Translations under genes and position numbers: made by a program | NCBI RefSeq assembly: GCF_009914755.1 | Contig: NC_060942.1 | Origin: the human T2T-CHM13v2.0 reference genome, Homo sapiens | Length of the DNA: 64,000 bases | Reading direction: 5' to 3' (one strand) | Part shown: positions 55,775 to 64,000 of the stretch, one piece after another | Layout: each line of letters starts with the position of its first letter | Numbering within the stretch: the stretch's first letter is position 1 | The notes under the pieces: model-generated | Databases searched by the model: none | What the model was told of the DNA's origin: nothing | What the model saw: only the letters and a program-made list of their open reading frames with translations

Positions 55775-58700
55775 AGGTCCTTATTATTTTTATTCTATCA
55801 ACAGTGTGACTCTCTTTATTAAAAAGAGAACTAGCAAGAACATGAACAACAAAAGCAAAAACCCTGGAGAAAAAGGAAGAGGTGGGTAGAGTGGGTAAGG
55901 CAAAAATATCCAACTAGCAAAATAATGACTGAATGGAAAATATGAGTACAAGTTATGTAGATTGTAATGGTTCTATATTATTTTTATGTTTACAGTAATA
56001 TCAAAGCAAGAATAATAAATGTGTAAAAATTTGATGTACATGTAATAAATGTTGATAGGACTTGCTATGTTAAAATAGTGAATATAACAAAAGATAATTT
56101 AATAGAAAGACCTAAATATTCTCGAAATGACCAAGCATTAAAAGTCTCAAAAATATCGGGAAATAGTTATATTTTGGAATAAAGTAAGGAATCTGTAAAT
56201 TTTGCCCTTTGTAAAGATCTATCTATATATCATCTAACTATCTATCTATTTATCATCTATCTATCTGTCTATATCCCTGTTTGTTAAATGTCTAAGATAG
56301 AGTGAGGAAATGATAGAGCCAGGTTTAAATCTAAGAAGTCAGTTCTGAATCAGCTTCTTAAAGCAATCCATTGTACTACAGAGTGTAGGTATTTTCTGAA
56401 ACTGCCAACAAGGTCCCTTCTCCACGCTCATAGGTCCCTTACTCCCAATATTCAGTTACTTTCTTATCTATGAAAATATAGGTACCTGCTTGTTTACATA
56501 TAAACTATATCCCAGTTGTACACATTTTATACCCATGTTGCCTGTCAATGCACTTTGTTAAACAAACCATTACATATCTTCATAAAATAATTACGTAAAT
56601 CTCTTAGAGGCAAAAGCAGAGGTCACTTTTTTTTCTCTCCTCCCCTCTGATGTTTAGAGAAACTCTGGCTTGTTCAGACATTCAAAATGTAGATTTAATT
56701 GTTAGACCTGTCCTGTCCTGCTGAAAGGTATAAAAGTTTAGTGATTGTCATGTAGATGGATCTACACACGTAAACTTTGACAAGAGCTGAGAGATGGCAC
56801 AGCATAACAAATCATGTTTTAGCATTTTGCAGGCTAAATTGATGTTAACAACTACAGAAAAATAGTGTAGATGGCATGGCTTCAAAAAGCTGTTTTAAGA
56901 TAGAATGGAGATAACATTCCAAATGGTTGCAATTTTTTAGACCTGATGTTAGAGTGAATAATACATTATTAACAGCAGTTAAATAATTTTCGAACACAGT
57001 AGAAAATTGTGGGGTTCTAAATTTGGAACAAGAGCCTACTAGTTCTAAATTGAACTTTTCTTTTTAAAAACATGAATTCAAAATAGTTCTTTGTTCTGTC
57101 ATTCTAAATTATATCTGAAAAATTATATTTGAAAAAGTATTACTTTCAAAGGTAGAAATATGGCAGTTTTAATAAATGATTCCCATTCAGTTAGAATAAC
57201 TAGTGTGTTTATTTGAAACTTTGAATATGTTAAACATTGAATGATTTGTAAAACTTGAAATTTTTAAATTAGCAATTCCAAGATTATTGTTAGAGAAGAT
57301 TTAACATCTTAATGTGACAAGATAGGCACATTATATCCATTCAAGAAAATGAAACACAAGGTCTTGTAGACTATTACATCATGCATGTATATAATTCCAA
57401 GTTCCTGAAACTGAGGTTGCTGGTACTTTTTATTATTTTCTCCAATAGTAATTCATAAATTTCCTCTGGCTCAATCTAATTTACTAAGTGATAATAGTGA
57501 CCTTGAATATTGCTTGAGATCTCTTGAGGCCTATTGTCCTCCTCTGCAAAATGGAATGCTGTTAAATTTAGTACCTACTTTTGAGAGTTGTTGTGGCTGA
57601 GATATTAAAAGTGTAAATGAAAATGTATCCTTCTTTACGTCGATTAAGATTCTTTGGTAAAAGATCAATCAACCCTCTCAAGAGGCCATTTTTCCTCCTA
57701 AAAGTGAAAACTGATTACAAGTTTTTGTTTATGACCCTTAACTTTTTCTTCTCCATTTATTACTGATTTTGCCCTCTTCTTGTGTGAGAAACCCAGAATT
57801 ATTAGAGGAGGAAGTATCCTATATGTGACCACATGAAGTATATAAATTCCACATACAGTCCTGGCCTGATTTTCCTTAATTCCAGATCATTTTCTTTCAT
57901 TAACAAGCTGCTAACTCAATTAGACTTTTCCTTACAATTAGGTAAGTAAATACAAATAAAGATATGTTTGTAAATTCTAAATCACTAGAAGTATTTTTAA
58001 AATCAACCAGTTCTCTATCAAAGCCTACCAAACATCTGTTAAATTCACCAACCACTAACTAAGCTCTTGTCTATAAAATAATATTTCTTTTGCCCATATC
58101 ATGTGCCAGGTAAGTGCTTAAGTATATTTATCCCACTATTTCCTCACTTCTCAGAAAATGAAAACACAGAGAGGTAGGTCACATAAGTTTTAATAAAATA
58201 AGAAGCAGAGCCAATAATTGAACCCAGGCAATTTGTCTTTAAAATGCTATTGAGCACCCTTTTCTGTTATATATCTAATGATTTGTATCTCCATTTGAAA
58301 TCAGCAGGAAACATCTAATGTTATTTCAAAAAAGACATAATTGTGAACCACAGAATGAATATTAACATGTTTATACATTTCTATATAATATTCTCATGTC
58401 TGAAAGACTTAAAGTTTTAGGAGTTTTCCAAACCTACGTAATGACATTTAACCAAAGAAAATGAGGATTTACCACAACTTCTTGGATCAACTTATACTAT
58501 GAATCACATTTACTAAAGTGGAAAGCTTGAACATATTGGCATTTTTTTTCTCATTCAACAGATTTCTCTCAACCCCTTACATAAAAAACCATCTACCCAC
58601 TAGATTAATTCTGTACATATCAATATTATAGAAATGTATCCTGTGGAATTTTCACAGACACCTACACATGCCAGGTTTAGAATTCCTCAAGGCTATATTT

Positions 58701-60684
58701 TTTATCTTCTGTATTTTCTATGAGAAAAATATGTTTCAACATCATAAAATATAATGTATTTGTTTATTTAACTGTATATATAATCAATGCATGTATTTAT
58801 TATTCTCAAGAAAAGCAATTATTTTAATTATATAATATAGTCTTCAGATATTCAAAGTTGGTTTTAAAAAATATATTACTAAGATCCTTTTAACCAGTAC
58901 ACATAGGGGAAAATAAAAGTAATGTGAACACTCCAGAAGTTATTTCATTCCTGTGAAAAATTCTTCCGTATGTGCATGCGAAAGGATATTATAGATTTCT
59001 CCACAGAGTAACCACACAAGAAGAGAAAACAGAAGGGGCCAGTAAAAACAAACAAACAAAAAACTAAAATAATGATTAACAGAACAATTTATATAAAAAA
59101 GAACATATACCCATTAGTAGTTTAAATTTAAGTGAATTTAAGTTGTCCAGCATTTTCTAAAGGCCTCAAGATAACTTGATTAAAATTTACTCTTCTAGAA
59201 TATATTCTAGAAGTTCAGGGATAATATAGCTTCAGGATTGGGATTTGTACCTCTTAAATTTTAAAACAAGCTGCTCCTAAAACAGCACACTGCCTACTTG
59301 AAATTATGCTAAACCATTAAGTTATTCTGGTACAAGAGAAAGAAGGTAACATGTTAAAATCTTGTCATTACTTCTTGTCACTTCTTGTCATTTTCTTAGG
59401 ATGTATCCTATTCAAAACTAGTATGCTAAGTTTTAATTCTACCAACTCTTATATATGGAAAAAAATCAGCCTTGAATATATCTCAGCAATTGGTTCTCTC
59501 CAGTATTATATGTTTCTTTTCTTCTTTTCTTTTTCTTTTATTTTCCCTTATATGCTAAATAAAATTGTGCTACCTACAAAATTATATGTTTTATCTTGAA
59601 ATACTAATATTTACCAAAAATGCCACTTGGCAGTTCGGTTTTAAACTTTTATTATTCCTAAAGATAAATATAATCATCCTAAGTATTGTAGTGTTAAGCT
59701 GCCTGGGTAGCTTCTAGATATAATTTTATACTTATTTAAAATTATAAGCTTCTGCATTTTCTCAATAGCAGGAGCAATGATACACCTGTAGATTTAGGTG
59801 AAACCCACCTGAATTAGTGATTGAAAATGCTTATTACTCTACTTTTCAGAAAGCTTTTTTAGAGTACTGAAGCCAAAACTAAAATTTTGTAGTTCAGCTC
59901 CCCAAACAATACAGTTATCTTACTCATTGTCCCTATATTTTATCACTTCTAAGCTGAAATGTTCTGAATTTGATATAAGAAAGTACTGCTAATTAGTATT
60001 TACAGAAACACTGAGGCAAAAAAAAGTATCATGTTTAATATATATGGTTGTCAATAAAAAATACGTTTTAAAAATAGTATTTTGTTTTAATAATATCTCA
60101 TTTCCATCTAAGTAAAAACACATTGGATTTTTCCATAGGCACAGTTCTGAATCTAGTTACAAGAGGATCAAAAAAAATGGAAGCAACTAATTCAACCAAT
60201 TTTAAAGCTTCCAAAATAAATACAAGAAATTCCAGTAGGATAATTTGCTTATTTCAGAAGGACCCCTATGATGAGGAACACTTGAACACCTGAATGAATA
60301 ATAATAATAATAATAGTACATAAAATAAATGAGGTTTAGTTTGAGAAAAAAAGGAACAATTTTTACTATTGACAAGATTTGTGACTGAATCAATATAAGG
60401 AGGGAAGGAATAGCAAGTGGCAAGAATTACTTGCATACCTTTATCTTAGGTGACTTGGGATGTCACAGTAACACCAAATCAAAAATAAGAAAAATTATAG
60501 GGAAAAATTTATTAAGGGCAAAGATTACCAATACACTTTTTGCATGCTGTGTTTGATGTGCCAACATAAGACTATGATATAGCTACAAACATTTGGAAAT
60601 GTAGTAGTTTAATTATTAGGAACATAGATATAATAGTAGAAGCAAACAAACAAACAAAAAAGATATGAGTAGAGTTTAATTCTT

Positions 60685-61084
60685 TTTTTTTTTTTTTTAG
60701 GAGATGGAATCTCACTCTGTCACCCAGGCTGGAGTGCAGTGGCTCAGTCTCAGCTCACTGCAACCTCCACCTCCTGGGTTCAAGCAATTCTCTTTTTTAT
60801 TTTTATTTATTTATTTGAGACGGAGTCTCGCTGTATTGCCCAAGCTGGAGCGCAGTGGCGCGATCTAGGCTCACTGAGAGGTTCACGCCATTCTCCTGCC
60901 ACAGCCTCTCGAGTATCTGGGACTACAGGCGCCCACCACCACACCCGGCTAATTTTCATATTTTTAGTAGAGACAGGGTTTCACCATATTGGTCAGGCTA
61001 GACTGGAACTCCTGACCTTATGTGATCCACCCACCTCAGCCTCCCAAAGTGCTGGGATTACAGGCTGAGCCACCGCATCCGGCC
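60685..61084 (-). mobile_element. Composite Alu: AluS with an internal AluY-like right-arm segment and second tail
   Basis: Two 3' ends and two T-tails, one 5' end; perfect TSD gagtttaattctt at 60672-60684 and 61085-61097. Confidence 0.92.
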
Positions 61085-61097
61085 GAGTTTAATTCTT

Positions 61098-61300
61098 AAC
61101 TCCCTTTGCAGTGTGTGACCTAGGGCAGATTCTTTAATCACTTTTGTCTGTAGTTTCCTCATCTGTAAAATATGAATACTGGCTGTAAAACCCTTAAGGA
61201 GTTGGTCTCTAACCTCAATGAGATAACCCACATCAAGTATATAAAGCACTTTGTACGATATTTGGAGATCGAACATAGTAAGTGTTTATTTAATAAGCTA
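61098..61300 (+). mobile_element. MIR SINE, target of the composite Alu
   Basis: tgtgtgacctagggcag ... agtttcctcatctgtaaaat ... aatgagataac ... taaagcactt ... acatagtaagtg. Confidence 0.75.
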
Positions 61301-61649
61301 ACATGAGGAGTCTGAATTTGAAATATTCATTTCAGAAGCTTAGCATATAAATTGCAATCATAAGCATGAAGTTGGATAAAATGATCTAGGGAAAATGCAT
61401 AGTATGAGAAGTAAAGGTTATTTTCCCCTTCATGGGTATTGTTTTCTTTTTTGTTCTTTCTTTTTTCAAAAAAATTGGTTTTTGCTTAATTCAGAAGTGA
61501 GTCAGTAAGACATTTAAAAGAATAGTTTTATGAATGTATATTGTGACTAACTTCCCCCAAATATTTGATACATTTAATTCACATCAAATATAATTTAAAT
61601 CTTGGCCAAAAAACAGTTGAAATGTAAGTACATTTTGAACAATAAGAAA

Positions 61650-62490
61650 ATTAGGAGTTACTGCATTATCAGGTGTTACTATAAAATGTAAAGTTTCAAA
61701 GAAATGAATTGATACTTACTTACAAAAGAATAGGCAGACCTATCAAAAGAAAGCCAGATATTCAGACCCTTTAATCAATGAGAAAGATGGTGCTAGGAAA
61801 ATGAGTCAAACATTTGAATCAAAATCAAGTCCTTATAGCTATTTAAATACACATGTACACATACACTACTAACTTCTAGATGAGTTAAATAATATTTTAA
61901 GAATAAATAATAAAAGAATTAGAAGATGATACCAGTAGTCACCGTCTGTGTTGGCTTTGAGAGATCTCTTTTAATGAGAGATATTTCAAAGGAACTAACT
62001 ATAAAGAAAGAGATTAGTAAGTATGACAACTTAAACATTTTAGAAACACCAATGACAAAATTGAAGTAGAAATATTATAAATGGATGACAGTATGTCAGT
62101 TTTATATATATATATATAACCTGTAACAGGCAATCAAAAATTTATGTACACAAATAACACAAACAGGCAATTTATGGAATAAAAACACTTTAGAAAAAAT
62201 AGTAGAAAAAATGAAAACTTCATCAATATAATTTATTTCTCTTTGGCCAGAATATATGGTTTTTTAAAAGATGACCACATATATCCTTGTCAAAGGGTAG
62301 TGACAGTTGCACACTGCTACCCCAAAATGGTAAAAGACTTGATAGTCTTTGAGGGTCATTTGTGACACATTGTGTGAATTTTTAAAATGTCCTTCCAGCA
62401 ATTAACATTTAAGAAATTCTCTTAAACAAATAATGCTTTATTCATATTCAAGTAATTATTTCACTCTAGTACGTTTGTGCGTGCATCCAA
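61650..62490 (+). mobile_element. Very old L1ME-like ORF2 debris
   Basis: A-rich sense tract with faint L1 motifs (aatgagaaagatggtgctaggaaaat, gaaaagattagtaagtatgacaac); weak. Confidence 0.35.
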
Positions 62491-62523
62491 TAGCAGGATT
62501 TGGTTATAGGTTTTATAGGGTAG

Positions 62524-62891
<368 letters not shown>

Positions 62892-63403
62892 AAGCTGTAG
62901 GTTTTATAAAGTATAATGGATGTCTAAATTGTCATTGTAATAATAAATTACCAGCCTAAATAAAGTTTTAGAAAAATTTAATAGCATTGAAAAATATTTA
63001 TAATTGCTTAATGACAAAAGCAGTTGACAATATATTGTATATACTATTATGTTAATTTATAATGCATATTTTGAAAATGTGTGTATAAATTACACTTGTA
63101 GCTATTTCTTTATTTATAATTGTAAAAACTGCAGATATATATAGTTTTATATATATACACAAATGCATGTATGTATGTCTATGATGTATATATACACATT
63201 TTTCTATTATGATTTTCTTTGGGCAGTTAGATTATGGGTATAAAAAACTTATTTTTCTATTTTTTCAGAAAACCCATTCTTTCGGTAATCATGAAAATAT
63301 AATAAAAACTTTAGACAAAAACCATACTTTAAAATCCTTTAACAGTTGTTATTTCTTGGCCACAGCCACTCTTCCAGAATTACATAGAAATTTAACACCT
63401 ACT

Positions 63404-63686
63404 GGCCACGCACAGTGGCTCACATCTGTAATCCCAGCACTTTGCAAGGCCAAGGTGGGAGGATAGGTTGAGGCCACGCATTTGAAAGCAGCTTGGGCAG
63501 CATAGTGAGACTCTGTTTTTTTAAAAAATAATAAAGAAATATTAGCCCGGCATGGTGGTGACTGCCTGTAGTACCAGCTACTTGGTAGGCCAAGAAGGGA
63601 GGATCCATTGATTCCAGGACTTTGAGGCTGCAATGAGCTATGATCATGCTGCTACACTCCAGCCAGGATTACATAAAAAGATCCTG
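63404..63686 (+). mobile_element. AluJ-like element
   Basis: ggtgggaggataggttgaggcc, gcagcatagtgagac, ttgaggctgcaatgagctatgatc (J-type features), highly diverged. Confidence 0.88.
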
Positions 63687-64000
63687 GATCAGGTTTTAAG
63701 TTTTGTTTATTGAGTAAAATCTGGATTATTAGAGACGGAAAAATTGATGTCAGTCCGATAATTATCTATAGGTTTTATATACATATTATATATATATATA
63801 TATGATGAGAGGACATGTAAGGAGGAAAAAGATGATGGGGAAGGGTGATCTAGGAGAGCATTTTAGTGAGTTTGGCATGGAGTGAGATTTCTTGGGTCAA
63901 CCATGTTGTTAATATTTTCAGTAAGAAAGATTGATGAAGAATGTTCTAAAAAAGGCTTTTAGAATGTACGTGAATACTACTCTTCTTTGGGATTTGACGG

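Noticed and set aside
57886-57941. Possible 56-nt exon (ttccag| ... TAG|GTAAGT)
   Set aside because: Body is U-rich and intron-like; a strong donor alone is common by chance and no transcript support is available.

Overview
AT-rich, CpG-poor primate genomic DNA, almost certainly human because it carries a near-pristine AluYa5-lineage insertion. It looks intergenic or deep-intronic. I find no credible protein-coding gene, RNA gene, CRISPR array or new biological system. The ORF track is explained by decayed L1 ORF2, Alu/LTR-derived frames and chance frames. The window is layered transposon debris: L2, MIR, HAL1, old L1M, L1PA8/7/2, MER31, MSTA, MLT1A, MLT2, Tigger3, MER5A and Alu J/S/Y. The most informative signals are retrotransposition footprints visible in the sequence: an L1PA7 3' transduction (35204-35304); a candidate Alu 3' transduction with AATAAA followed by a T-run and a second A-tail (55405-55477); a twin-primed inverted L1 with a 36-bp junction duplication; a chimeric AluY/AluS inside one TSD pair; a young AluYa5-like insertion; and about 2.5 kb of unrecognised DNA splitting an old L1. 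Two motif clusters (CTCF+ARE/AP-1 next to a possible exon; PBX-MEIS/HOX) are candidate enhancers. Repeat family names come from my recall of consensus sequences, not a database search, and boundaries of old repeats are approximate.
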